Position numbers and translations under genes: made by a program. Positions 15,115 to 29,545 of a stretch of 64,000 bases of DNA are shown in pieces (position 1 is the first letter of the stretch; every line of letters begins with the position of its first letter). This DNA is from the human T2T-CHM13v2.0 reference genome, Homo sapiens, in the NCBI RefSeq assembly GCF_009914755.1, contig NC_060941.1. One strand, 5' to 3'. The notes under the pieces were generated by a model, which worked only from the letters and a program-made list of their open reading frames with translations, searched no databases and was not told where the DNA came from.

Positions 15115-15214
15115 CTAGGTGTTGTTATAAGCATATCCAAGCTCATCCCCAGGACAGGATATCCTCCTCACACAGGACTCTTTTCTTCTTGCATCCTCAG
15201 AAATGTAGTCATAG

Positions 15215-15619
<405 letters not shown>

Positions 15620-16999
15620 TAATTCAACATGAAAAAAGAGAGGAAAGGTCATGAAAATCATACCCCTTCCCCTCCCCAGGATTTTCCAATAGGCGAAAAT
15701 TTTCAGCTCCTAAAAGCCCATGTGGAAAAAGAAAACAGATGGGCTCTGGGAAGTGTTGCAAAGCCCTGGGAAGGGCTCTGAGTCCCCTCTGTCCTCTGAG
15801 GTCAGGTGGAGGGGTCAGGGAAGGAGACAGGTCTGCAGGGACCTGTAGCCAGAAGGGATGAGGCGGGGGCTAGGTGTGGAGCACCCAGTACATGAGAGGC
15901 ACTGTGTCAGACTCTAAGGAAACAGAGGGGAAGCCAGCACTCTGGCCCTCAAGGAGCTCTCAGGCTTGCCAGAAGCATTTGGATGGGACAGGGCGGGCTG
16001 TGGATGGACTCGAGCCTCCAACCCCTCACCATACACTGTGGAAGCACCCCAGTTGTGGCCTGGGAAGGGATCTTGCTAGGGTCAAGTCTCAGCTCCGGCC
16101 AGAGTGAATGTCTCCTACATGGGGAGGTGGAGTTTCTGTTGGTGGATGAAGAACCGGAACTGGGCCCAATTTGGTGACTGGTCAGAGGGTACTGAGGTCC
16201 TATGCTCCAGGGACTTCCCTTCCAAGCCGACCTGGGACAAAAAGTAATGCTCCTTTTGTCCGCTAGGAGGAGCCAGTGTCCTTGAGTGGACTGTAGGGTG
16301 GCCCCCACCCCCACCCCACCCCATCTAGGGACAGGGAGCATTCAGCAGGTGGGAAGGGAGAGCGGTCTGCAGGTCACCCAGCCTTCCCTGGAGCTCTTCC
16401 CCTTTGACCTGGGCTCCGGCTCTCTCCTTTGTCACACATGGTGGTGGTGGGCAGTGGGATTCCAGCTCTATGGAAATACAGATTGTGCGTAAGTCAAAAG
16501 CAAATCTTTACTTCACCTCGCCAACCCAGAGTGTGGGCAAACCGGGGGGGCAGTTTGGGTAAAGTCATTCTACCCATCTGAGCCTCCATTTCTCATCCGC
16601 AAAATGCAAGCTTTGTTAAGCCAGATGTTTTCTAAGGCATCACTATGGGGATTTTGAAGTCCAGTGATTCCTAGTGCTGCCCCTTCCTCTCTACCCTCAG
16701 CCTTTCCTGATTTCTGCAAGTGCACACCACCAGCCAGTCCCATAACAGAGCTTCCTGCCCCTACGTTCACCCCCAATGCAGGGACATTCCTCTGGCAGGT
16801 GTGAGAGGCAGAGTCCCTGGGAAACCAGGAGACCTCTGCCAAGATCCACACTCTTGGCATCACCTGGGCCTCTCATTCCAGGTCATGTTTTATTTCCAAG
16901 CACAGACTGTGTTTCCAACTCAACCAGATCTCTCCACCCACACGTCTCTCGGGTACCTGCACCCCAATGTGCCCAAGGCTTAGCTGTCCACCCCCACTC

Positions 17000-17780
17000 C
17001 AGGCTGCTGTCCATTTCAGTGGTGGCCCAGCACCCTCCCAATCCCCCAAGCCTGAAGTCTGGCTGTAAATATCAAGCCTTCTCTTCTCGCACTTTCTCTT
17101 TCCATATTCATGTGGCCAAAAAGTCCAGACAGGCTTACCTTGAATGCGCCCACCTCTCCTCTTTCCCGTTGCCCCTGCCCTAGTTCAGGCCTTCATCGTT
17201 TCTTTCCGGAACCGGCTGGTCTCTCTGACTCCAGTCTGTCCTCTCTCCAATCTATCATCTATCTATGCTGCTGCCAGAGAGCTCTTTCTAAAGCACAAAT
17301 CTGATTATGCACATCTCTGCTTTAAAATCTTGGCTGTAGCCTCGTGGCCTAAAGATAAACCCAAAGTCCTAATGAGGCTTCCAAGTCCATTCATGGTCTG
17401 ACCCTTGCTTCCCAGTCCAAGCTCATTTCCCAGCATGCTCCTGGGCCCATCCACACCACATTGCTCCCCACCCTCTGATCTGCCTGTGCTCTTTCAGGGT
17501 TCTTGCCTTTGCAAACACTGTCTCCTCAGCCAAGAACTACGACCCTGATTTTTGCTTGGTGAACTTGGACTTCTCCTTGAAGACTGAGCTCAAGGCTGTT
17601 CAGCCTTTCCCAAGTGTCCCAGGCAAGGTTTCCATCACCCCTCTTATATTTCTTTATCATCTGTCTGCCTCCTGCACTAGACTGTAGGCCCCTATTTAGC
17701 TCTGTTCCTCCACATCTAACCAATGCTTGATGTGTGGTAGGGATTTCTTACATGTGCTGAATGAATGAATGAATGAGTAT
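17000..17780 (+). mobile_element. L2 3' region
   Basis: 'ctgccagagagctctttctaaagcacaaatctgattatg', 'cactagactgtagg', terminal (TGAA)n tail. Confidence 0.7.
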
Positions 17781-18664
17781 GCATGAATGGTCTGGGAAAT
17801 GGCACGCTCAATTGCACTCTTCCTTTTTTCTCTGCTGGAGCCCACTGAGCAAGGGAAAGGGAAAATGGTAGGAGATGAGATGGGGGACATGGGTGGAGAC
17901 CAGACCAAGTAGGGCTTTGGGAACCAAAAATATAGAATTGGGATGATTTCTCTCTTATTGGATCTCAGGTACACAGATTTAATCAATCAATCATACTCCT
18001 CAGAATGATATATTGTTGTCATTGTCATCTGACTATTTTTTGGTCCCTCTCTCATACGCAGTGAGAATCCATAAACATTTATCTTATGTGAATCCTTCCA
18101 TCCTCCCTACTTTTACTTACAGGAGAATTTGCGTTTCATTCTCAAAGCAATGAGAACTCTTTGGAGGCTTTTAAGCAAGGGAGTGACGTGATCTGATTTT
18201 CATTTTATAAGGATTGCTCTGTCTGCAATCATAGAGGACAAAAGTGGAGCTGAGGGACCAGATAGAGGCTGCTGAAGTGCACGAATGAGGAATGGTGTTC
18301 GGTGGAAGAGTGGAGGTAGAGAGAGAGAAAAATGGGCAGGTGGGCGTAGGTACTGGAGGAAGAGAAGACCAGACTGGCTGGTGTATGAGATGTGGGAATC
18401 AAGAGGGGGAAAGGCCTCCACAGTGAAGGTTTCAGCTGTTCTGGAGAGTAGTTTAGAGGCAGCCTTTGGTTGGAAAGGGAGCCGGGGAACTTGTCTAGAA
18501 GCTGGGTCTACATAGCAAGCATATCTTTCTTACTTAGACTATATTTGGGGAGGGGCAATAAAGACTATTTATTTGGGGCAAATGAAGGGATGCTTAGAGA
18601 GATAATGGAGGAAGGAGGGTTTGTCCCTCCAAGCCAATCCCTGCCACCAGCCCCCAACCCCCAC

Positions 18665-18903
18665 TTTTTTTTTCTCTGAGACAGAAAAAAGCCTCCTCCT
18701 CCCAGGTTTGATTCTCCTGCCTCAGACTCCCAAGTAACTGGGATTACAGGTGGGCACCACCATGCCCAACTTATTTTGTGTTTTTAGTAGAGATGGGGTT
18801 TCACCATGTTGTCCAGGCTGCTCTTGAACTCCTGACCTTAAGTGATCCACCCGCCTTGGCCTCCCAAAGTGCTGAGATTACAGGCATGAGCCACTGCCCC
18901 CAG
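18665..18903 (-). mobile_element. AluS with deletion in the right arm
   Basis: 'ctgagacagaaaaaagcctcctcctcccagg' skips the usual right-arm 3' segment. Confidence 0.85.
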
Positions 18904-19589
18904 ACCAAGCCAATCCTTAACACCACCACAGGCCACAGGGCCTTTGCATAGGAGGCTCTCTTCCCGAATCTGTGCAAACCAACTCCTCTTTCCATCAAGG
19001 TCTCAGCTCAAAGATCATCTCAGAAAAGCTCAAAGATTATCTCTGGCATCCTGGCTGGAGAGATGACACTACCTCCTGCCCCTCACCATCACCCTCTACA
19101 CTCTCTTTCACTTTCTTATAGCACTTATCAAAGCTTTGACGCAGTTCTCTGGTGCAGCCACCTTCTAGAGCTTTTGGTGCACTTCTGAGGCTCCCCTCCA
19201 CCTCTTCTGTTTCGAGGACCTTGGTGGGCTTTGATGGAGACAGAACCAAGAACCCAGCGCCAAGGTCCAGGCCTTTGTGAGGTGCTGGTGCAGGGGTCGC
19301 ACACCCAGCTGCCAATCAAGTGAAGGGAGGGAGGAAAATGAACATCTAAGACCTCAAGCTGGAAGAAGTCTCAGTCCCAGAAGGTGGTAACTGGTTCCCC
19401 TGCCCCTCTTCCTACCCCCTCCCACAGCTCGGCCAGCTGCTGGAGGGACGCTGCAGGGGAAGGAGGCAGGGTGATTAAGAGCTCTGGTTGTCAGGGCTGG
19501 GGCCAGGGGGCACGCCCCCTGGGTGACATTTTCTCGCATTGTGTCCTCAGAACAAAAACGAGTCTTATTTGAGGAGCTGGATGGGGGAG

Positions 19590-20310
19590 GGGGCCGGGGG
19601 GCTGAAGCGACCGAGTGGAATCGTGGCTCCAGGGAACAGCGATTACTCATCAAAGGCCAGGGCAGCCCACGTCTTTGTGTGCCCTCCGCAGCCCGCCCGT
19701 GCCTGGCCACAGGCCCCCAGCCCTAGACATCCCCCTGACGGCCCCCAAAGAGCAGGGCTGGGGTGGGAGAGACCTGGGATCGTGTGTGGGCACAGAGCCG
19801 GGACAGGCGCGGTGGGGGCAGGGGTGACCAGGGCAGGCTTCCTGGAGGATGGGAGTGTGGAAATGCACAGGACAGAGGGGAGGCGCAAGAAGGAGAACGG
19901 CTGCAGGCTAAGGGGGAAAAAAAAGTGGGTCTCCGGAGACCAGGGGGTGAGTGCAGGGGGACGGGGAGGGGGCAGAACTTCTAAGGTGTCAACTCAGCCC
20001 CCGGATGGAGTGTCCTGGAGTGCTTGGGGGAAGGGGCCGCTTCCTGCTACAATGGCTATTTTGGGGCCTGAATCAAATCAAATCCGCTGCAGCCCCCAGA
20101 GCCCCCAGCAGCTGCGCAGAACAGCTGTCCGGCTGAGGGCGCTGAGCGGCTGGAATGGCACTTCCTGCCCCCCACTGATCTCTGGCTGCCCAAGGGTGTG
20201 CGTTGCAGGGGAAGGGGGAAGAGGATGTGAAAGGGCTTTGGGCTCAAGTCAGAAACCTGGGCTAAGATGGTGTGCTTTCCTCCTCCTGCTCTGTGTGACC
20301 GCGGGGCTGA
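19590..20310. promoter_or_regulatory. GC/CpG-enriched unique segment, candidate promoter or enhancer
   Basis: CpG density visibly above the flanks (ccgcagcccgcccg, gccgggacaggcgcgg, gctgcgcaga, gaccgcgggg) and no recognisable repeat. Confidence 0.45.
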
Positions 20311-21983
20311 GACTGGCATAGAGATGCCAGTTCTGGGGCCATCCTGAAGCTCTTCCCTGCACCTTCACCCTCCATTCAGTCCCTACAAGGTATCTCCCCA
20401 GGCCCAGACAATCCCTACCTGAGCAGTCCTCCTGATCTTCCCCCCAGGAAGCCCTTCTAGTTTCTCTTGATGGGAAGAGCCCTTTCCTCATCTGCCGCCT
20501 CCCAACCTCAAAGGCTGTTCCCAGACTGGTTCCCTGCAGGCAGAGGAGCATCTCTCCCATCAGATCTGGATTTGGTTCTTCCTCTAGCTGAACTCCCAGC
20601 CATCCACTTGGTATTTACTCACAAGGCACCTGAGGGTTGACACGGAAGACAGGTAAGCTTCCCGGCAGGTGCCTGTTCAATCTCCTGATTGTGCTGAAGG
20701 GGCCTCATGCATGCCAGCTAAAAACCCATAGGCTGGCATGTAATAGAGTTGGGGGGAGCACTGAACTGCCTCCTCCAGGAAGCCTTCCTGGGACAGGCAA
20801 AAAGGAGAGGTCTCTTTCTTTTTGGTCCACCCTGGCTCAAGGCCAGCCAATGTCCACAAGAGTGACCAAAGCTAGGACATGCCCTGGGGCTGCCATGTCC
20901 CTCAGGTCACTAGTCCATGACGGGGTCCCTCGTGCCCATCTTGTGCAGAAAGAACCCCATTGTCCAGGGGGCATAGCTGAGGGGTGAGTTCAGAGCCCAG
21001 AGATGTTGACCACAGGGCTGGTCATCAGTCTTCTGACCACAGCAGGAGGGAGTTGGGGAACTGTGTGGTCTGTGGGGGTGAGGGGCAGGCACACACTAGT
21101 GCACACACAGGACCATAAGCCCAGACACTGCCCTCCTCATCCAAGCACACACTCCCCCGTGCTCCCCCCAGGACGGCCCCTCCCTTTGTTTTTCCGCATT
21201 CCTGCTGGCAGATGCTCCATTCTTTTCTTCCCCAAGCAAGCCAGGGAGATCTCCACCTTCCGGGGTGGGGGGGCTCCGGACATAGCAAAAGTGGGGGGAA
21301 GCAGGGATGTGCCACCTGTCCCTGGGGGCAGGGGCAGCCCCTGGAGCCCCACCCACACTGGGATGAGAGCCCAGGGTGCTTTGATCTCCTGTGCGGTGCG
21401 CCTGTTGTGGAAGCTGCCAAGATTAACAGAGATGCACACACAGGTCTTTTAGCCAGGTCTGCAATTCCTGAGCTTGTTTCCAGATCAGAGCCCTCATCTT
21501 CCTTCAGAGACCTCTTCACTAATGGACCTCCCACCTCTTTCCTCACTGAATCTCTCCCCTCATTGAACCCCCTCTCCTCTCCCATCCCTATCTCTATGAG
21601 TCATCCCATCTCTGGGAGATTGGTGTCCTTTCCTTCCAATTTCCATGGGCCCCAGAAGGTCTGGTCTACAACACAGACCCCGTAGGTAGTGGCTGAGACA
21701 GGTTGCACTGGTTTGCTTGTGCCCAACCCCCTAAAGACACACAGTGCACCTGTCATCACCACCACCACCACCACCACCACCCCTGTGCAGGCCCAGCCTG
21801 AGAAGGCCCATCTGGACTCAGGAAGTCCTGCCATTTCAGCAGGTTGAGGTTCCTGGGCCCCCAGGCTCCAAGTAGACCAGAGACTGGTAAGAAGTGAATG
21901 GCAGGTGGAGACTAGTAACCAGACTCTGAGTTGAACTTGATTTTGGCCCTGAATCCATCTGAGGTAGAGTCCTATGATCTAGC

Positions 21984-22293
<310 letters not shown>

Positions 22294-22593
22294 TAGCCTT
22301 CTTGTAGGATCATTCACACATATCACTGTTTCCCTCATAAGCATCCCAAAGCGGGAGGAGGCCCATTCCCCCTTCCACTCTCTCCCAGCCCAGGAACAGC
22401 TCGCTCCAGAGTGGCCTGGCTCTGATGATCAGGAACTCATTGTATCTGTACAGTCTCAATTCTGCCTGCGGTGAAGGAGACCCCACCCTAAGTGAAAGCA
22501 GGGACTGTGGGGTCCACGTGGGATTCAGGGAGGGTGGGAGAGTGAGACCCAAAGAGAGCCAGAGATAAAGACAGAAAGCCAGAGAGGTAAGCA

Positions 22594-22720
22594 ATGGAGA
22601 GGCAGAGAAGATGGATGGATGGATGGAGGGATGGAGGATTGGAGGGAGGGAGAAAAAGAGAAAAGCGGAGGGAAGAGAGGAAGGTGGAGGGGGAGGGGAG
22701 GGGAGGGAGAGAGGGGAGAC
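22594..22720 (+). repeat. Polypurine / (GGAT)n low-complexity tract
   Basis: Nearly pure G/A sequence with ggat repeats and GGG runs. Confidence 0.8.
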
Positions 22721-24234
22721 ATAGTGAAGAAGTGCTGAGCCAAGATGAGAGGAAGGAAGCTATTGGCCCCTCTCCCTCCCTCCCTGCAGCCACACCAGGC
22801 AAAACTCCAGACACAAATGCATCCCAATGGGCGTCTGGCAGGGAGGCTCCAACTGCTCTGAGGTTCTGAGGTTCCGCTGAGCTCACCTGGCCAAGTGTGT
22901 CAAAACTCCCACCAGCATCACCCCAGCACCACCTAGAAGCACTCTGAGCCCCACTCTGAAGATAATTCTGGGAATGAAAAAGAAGTCGAAACCTGCCCAA
23001 GTCCTCCGAGAGGGTCTCGGGTCCTTCCCCAGTCCCTTGCATTGCTGGAAACCCTTTCCCCTAGAACAGAGCTACACTAACTGCCAGGAGGCCAGGCCTG
23101 TTGGCAGAAACAGAGATGACCCCCTCTCCCACCTTCCGCTTTGCCACTCCAGTGACTATTTGCTGACTGTCTCTTTCTTGCTGCTAATCGCTCGGCCCCG
23201 TCTAATTGGTAATTAGCCTTGCGAGCCCAGCCTGTGCTTGGCTAATTGCTGTTTGTCTCACCCTCATCTCCGGCAGCAGAGTGGTGCCAACACAGCCGCC
23301 TGGGCTCTATCCGGGCTGCTGGCATCCGTGCCAGGTTCTGTAGAGGTTTCTGCAGCCCCACCCTGTTCTCTTCCAGGGATTTTGTGGGGTACAGCCTCCT
23401 TCAGCAGTAATGTCAGCCCTGAGGGTGGTCCCTGACAGTCCTTCTGGGTGGTTGCAGACTGGGGCCCCTGCTTTCATGCATAGTCCATGCCCAGTTATAG
23501 AAAAAGACGGCCATGAGTGAGCTACAGTCCCTACTGAGGAGTGGAGTCTGGGGGGACTCTAGGGAGGAGGTGTCTGCACCGGAACTTAAGGATGTCTAGG
23601 ATTTAACCATCAGAGAAAGGAGAAAGGACTTTTCAGGCAAAAGTGGTGGTTGGCCCAGTGTGACCGAAGGGTCTGGAAAGGAGCCTGGAAAGGTAGGTAG
23701 GGTGGGGTTTGATTCTGCAAGCTGTAGGAACCATGGAAGGTTTTTGAGCTGGGGAAAGGTATGATCTGCTCTGCCCTGGGGGGATCATTCTGGATGCCGT
23801 GGTGAGGATGAGGATTGGTGAGGGGAAAAACCAGGCCAGGGTGAACCCTCAGGAGGCTGCTGCTTTTGGGTTGGAGGCAGAGAGGAGGGCAAGGGTGGGA
23901 GAATTGTTTTAGAAGAACCCACAGGATCTGTTGATGGATTGGAAGCAGGAGGACATCCCCAGGGACGGTGTGCCAAGGCTGTGATGATAGACTTCCAAGG
24001 ACAACAAGGATCCTCCCCTCCCCACTAGCCCTGTTGGGAGAAGGGCAGGTGGCATCTCACCTGTTTTCCATGACTCATAGTGTAGCTTGGGACCCCTTTT
24101 TGAGAACTAAGTCTCCTGGTCTCTTTAGGAGCCTCTTAAGGAGATGATGTCATTGACTCAAGAACTGACACTGGCTGGGCCCTTACCATGGGCTGGTAAC
24201 CAAGCACCAGCTTCTCAGAACTTCCCAGGAGAAA

Positions 24235-24365
24235 GCCACTATTATTATCTTCAATTTTCACATGGGGAAACCGAGACTTGGGGAGATTAAGCCACCTGCC
24301 CAAGGCCACACAGCTAGTAAATGGTGGAGGTTAGATGCGCTCAGGTCTCACTTCTCCGTCAGAAC
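24235..24365. mobile_element. MIR
   Basis: 'ttttacatggggaaaccgagacttgggagattaagccacctgcccaaggccacacagctagtaaatgg'. Confidence 0.8.
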
Positions 24366-25486
24366 TCTAAACATGACTTTGCAGTACCTCTCAACCTCCT
24401 GTGACAACTGTGCTCGGCTAGGGTTTGTTTTATTGACTGATTTATTTTAATCAAAATGGCACCCACCAGCTCGTCCCCTCTACCTGAAATCCCTTTCCTT
24501 TTCAACTCTGTCCAAATCCAACCTATCCTTTTAAACCCAGGGCAAAGCCTACCTCCTTCAGGAAGCAATCCTGGATTTTATAAGCCCCTCTCTACATGCT
24601 GGAGGTAACCTCTTGGACATACTTGATTTTGAGTCTCGTAGCAGCACTTTCTCTACTCTTTGCCCTCTCCCAGGGCCTCCTATAGAGGGAAGACCCACCC
24701 TGCAGGAGGCCACACGTGTGTTGACCACATTGCCCTAGACTGCCCCGGGATGGGTCTTGTCCTCACTGAACAGCAAATGTCCTGAATCCCCTGGTCATCT
24801 TTGGGTCACGCCCACTGCCACCTCACCTGGCACTGCACACAGGGTAATGTCTGCCCCATGGCTATGTTCTGAGCGATACTTACTTGTCCAACTGGAGGAG
24901 GCTCCTCTCACTTGTCATGCTGGACTCAAGTGGCTCCTGGCTGTCCCCAAAACTCAGGTTCACTCATCATGGCAGGGAGCTTTGGCTCTGTCCAGGATCG
25001 CCAGAAGCCTGAGCTGCTAGCTCAAAGATTGGCCCACAGCAGGAATTTCCCAAAGTGTTGGGGGCCTCATGGAATGATTACTTTGAAATGGACTACACGC
25101 GGTTAGATGAGTAAGTCTTTGTGCTTTTATCAAAACCATCAGTGACATCTTGTATTTTCCTTTCAGAGCCTTTATTTCCTCCAGCAGTGCTGGCCTCATG
25201 CCCCAGAATAAAAACGCACTAGTACTTTCCATCCGGCCTGGAAGGGGCTTTAGTGGAAGCTGGTGGAGCTGCAGTAAAGGGGCGGGTGGGCAGAGAGGGG
25301 TGGGTGGGCATTGTCCTTTGCCTCCAAGCCAGCCCCAAACTAAAGCAATCTAGGAACCAGAGGTTGGAGACCCCACTAAGGAAGGAACCTGGGAGAAGAT
25401 TTAGCACACGATTTTCAGCTGTGTTTGGGAGACTTGTGGGATCTTTACAGGTGCCTCGGGGTTGTTGAAGGGCGAAAGACGGGCAT

Positions 25487-26076
25487 TACTATTATTATTT
25501 CGAGATAGGGTCTTGCTCTGTTGCCCAGGCTGGAGTGCCGTGGTGCAAACATGACTCACTGCAACCTCAACCTCCTGGCCTTAAGTGATCCTCCCACCTC
25601 AGCTTCCCTGAGTAGCTGAGACCACAGCACGCACCACCACACCTGGCTCTTTTTAAAAATTTTTGTAGAGATGGGGTCTTGCCACATTGCCCAGGCTGGC
25701 CTTAAATTCTTGGGCTCGGCCGGGTGCAGTGGCTCACGCCTGTAATCCCAGCACTTTCGGAGGCCAAGGTGGGCGGATCACAAGGTCAGGAGATGAGACC
25801 ATCCTGGCTAACACGGTGAAACCCCGTCTCTACTAAAAATACAAAAAATTAGCCAGGCGCAGTGACACGCACCTGTAGTCCCAGCTACTTGAGAGGCATG
25901 AACCTGGGAGGCAGAGGTTGCAGTGAGCCGAGATCGCACCACTGCACTCCAACCTGGGTGACAGAGCGAGAATCCGTCTAAAAAAAAAAAAAAAAAAAAA
26001 TTCCTGGGCTCAAGCCATCCCCCCACCTCAGCGTCCCACAGTGCTGGGATTACAGGCATGAACCACTGCACCCGGC
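25487..26076 (-). mobile_element. AluJ (-) split by a younger Alu (+, 25718-26000)
   Basis: TSD aaattc(t/c)tgggctc at 25704-25717 and 25998-26011. The inner Alu lacks the 'tgaggcaggagaat' segment. Confidence 0.92.
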
Positions 26077-27359
26077 TAAGGTGGGCATTATTTATCTTTG
26101 TGTTCCCCATGAGTATTCTGCCATTCCTGGTTTGCATAGTCATTGGAGACATGGGCTCTGCAATGAATCTTCTTGGATTCAACCCGGAAGCTCTGTCCCT
26201 TACTGCATGTGTAACTGTAGGCAGCTTACTGAATGTCCTTGTGTCTCATTTTCCCATCTGCAATATCCAGAGGATGATAATTATCATGCTGTTTCAAGGT
26301 GGGTTGTGATGGTTGTGAAATCCATGGTACCATGCCTGGTCTTCAGCAGGACTTAACAAAAAATAGCCTATATTATTTTACCTATATGTTTTTGGGTTTT
26401 TTTCCCCTTCTCTAGCCTATCTGCCAGATTCACGAACAACCTGACCCAATGCAGGCAAATGCAGAGGATGTCCCATAACTGTCCCACTTCCTGGGAACCC
26501 TTCTTTGTGGCCAGACAGGGTTTAGTGCAGAGAGACAGAGAAGAGCCAGGTGTCCCCTGGCCCAATGCTTCCGGGAAGCGTCTTGGCCTTCCCACCTCTG
26601 AGAACATTCAGGCCTTTGAGATGTGGCCCCTGCCTGCCCCAGTACCCCCGGCCCGACAATGGGGGCTTCAGAGGAGCCTGGATGGCAGGACACAGCCCCC
26701 TCTGTGAAGCGGAGTTGACCGCCAAGCTGGTGAGTCTGAGAAGACATTCCTCATGGGGCAGAGAAGGATGAAGGGAGGAGGCTGTGCATTGGCCCCTTGG
26801 CCCAGCCCTGACCCGAGGAGCCATTGCCACTGGGGCTTGGACAAAGGTCCCCTCTTCCTGCTCTCTGTCCTTTCAGTGCCCACCCGGGGGATGGTGCCAA
26901 CAAGGGTCTGTCCCAGGGCCAAGAAGGAAGGCATGAGGCTTGGATGATGTGAGGGGTCTCCTCCAGGTTATAACACAGCACCCACAGTGCTGCGGGGTGA
27001 GTGGAGAGGCGGGCAGGCAGCAAGCCAGGAAAGAGCATCTGTTGGAGCTTGTGGTGGCCACAGGCTCAGGGACCCTTGCCTCCTTCCCTGCGCCCTCAGT
27101 CCTCAGCCCTCTGAGCCATCTCTTGAATAATATCTCCAGCAATCTCAAAATTCTCCTCTCCCCTTCAGGAGGTCTTCGTGGATTTATCAGGGAGAAGCAT
27201 GGCTGACTAAAGGAATTCTGGCACCACGTGACAACCATCTTCCTCATCAAGATTGGTGTCCTGGGAAGTGGCTATCCCTGACCTTCCGGCAGAATGAGGA
27301 GAAAAGTCTGAACCAGGCAGTTTACCTTCCCCCGGTAGCACTCCTCTCAGGCCATGGAG

Positions 27360-27600
27360 AATAACAATAGCTAACATTAACTGAGCTTTTGCTAGGGGCC
27401 AGAACTTTGCGTGCATTATCTCATTTAATCCTTGTACTAAGAGGTAAGTACCATTACTATTGCCAAAAGAGGAAACAGAAGCTTAGTATGGTTAAGTGAT
27501 TTGCTCAATGGCTGGAAGAGATGAAGTAACCCACCTCAAGGTTGTTCAGGTAGTTTGCAGTAGAGTCAGGATTTGAACCCAAGCAGTCTAAATCCCGAGA
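27360..27600. mobile_element. MIR
   Basis: 'cattatctcatttaatcct...gaggaaacagaagcttag...ggttaagtgatttgctc...ggatttgaacccaagcagtc'. Confidence 0.78.
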
Positions 27601-27859
27601 TTCATTTCACCAAAAACAGAAACCAGAGAATAGAATCCTGATCCCTGCAGCAGGTCAGCTGAGCCAGGACCAATTCATTGCTTGATTCCTACAAAGGATT
27701 CTTGCTGATGAAGGTAACAAGGAAGATAGAAAGAGGAGATTGATAACAGTGAGGAAGAACATGTTGATGAATAGGTGACTAGGAAATTCCTACCTAGGAA
27801 TCATTGAGTTGTTCATTCATTAATCCGTCATCCATCTCGGGAACTCTGTTGAGTGGCCA

Positions 27860-28110
27860 TAGAGTGTAAATAACATGAGCTCTGGAGCCTGACAGACTGA
27901 GTTCAAATCCCAGTTCTGCCATGATTTCCTGTGTGACCTTGGGCACGTTGCTTCACTTCTCTGAGCCTCAGACGTCTCATCAATAAAGTGAGGATAATAA
28001 ATTATCTATCTTGTAGGGCTGCTGTGAGAATACATGTTATAATACATAGGAAGTGGTTTGTATGTTGCCTAGTACAGAATGAACACTCAATGAACGTTAG
28101 CTATTATTAT
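27860..28110. mobile_element. MIR
   Basis: 'gagttcaaatcccagttctgcc...tgtgaccttgggca...ctctgagcctcag'. Confidence 0.82.
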
Positions 28111-28385
28111 TATTATTACTTCTACTTCTGTCCAGGTGCTGGGCTAAGGTACCAGAGTTACAAAGATGAATGGGACTGCCTCTCTGATTGAAGAGATTAG
28201 TGGAAGAGATAGAGATAGACAGACACAATGTAATAGGTGCCGGGAGTGGGGCCTGTACAAACAACCATGGGAACACTTGCTGTGCCTGAAGGACTAAGGA
28301 GGGTGTTCCAGAGGAGGTGACCTTATCTGAGACTTGAAGGATAAATAGGAACCTATTAAACAGATAGGAAAAGAAGAGATAAAGC

Positions 28386-28951
<566 letters not shown>

Positions 28952-29174
28952 TCAGCTAACCGAAACTTGAGAATTTAGATTGGCTCCATCTGGGCCTGGG
29001 AGAAATGGACCCAGCCATCCCCCACAGGATATAAATCCCAAGAAACCACAATCTTGTCCTAAGAAGAAAGCGGAGACAGGCAGGGTGAGCACCAGGGCCC
29101 TTCACTGCTCCAGCCTGACCAAAACCCTTGGAGACACAGATCTGGAGTCTTGCCCGTGACAGTGTGAGGCTCTA

Positions 29175-29545
29175 CAGCAGTGATTCTCAAACTTCAGCCT
29201 GCACTGGAATCCCCTGGGGACCTTGTTAAAAGGAAGATTCTGATTCAGCAGGCTGGGATGGGGCCTAGGAATGTGCATTTCCAACAAGCCAAGCCCTGCC
29301 TTCCCCACCATGCCGATGCCGCTGATCCAGGAACCACACTTTGAGTGGTAAGGATCTAGAACCATGGTCTGCCATCCTGGCAGTGCATTCAAGTAGCCTA
29401 GGGGAGGTTTTAAAAAGAAAAAGAAAGATGCCAGGGCCTCACCCCAGACCAATTAAATCAGAATCTTTAGGGGTGGGGCCTGGGCATCCATAGCTTTGAA
29501 AGCTCCCAAGTGACTCTGATGCATGGGCAGGAAGTGAAAGGAGAA
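29175..29545. mobile_element. Two adjacent MER5-family (hAT-Charlie) MITEs
   Basis: 'cagtgattctcaaactt...gattctgattcagcaggctgggatggggcctaggaatgtgcattt...ccacactttgag', then 'ccccagaccaattaaatcagaatct...ggggcctgggcatc'. Confidence 0.8.

Noticed and set aside
17981-17993. PBX-like (ATCA)3
   Set aside because: Indistinguishable from a short microsatellite and lacks supporting context.
20054-20066. Possible MEF2 site ctattttgg
   Set aside because: One base short of the 10-bp consensus.
19539-20321. 260-aa ORF
   Set aside because: GC-rich open frame with no homology I can recognise and a non-ATG start.
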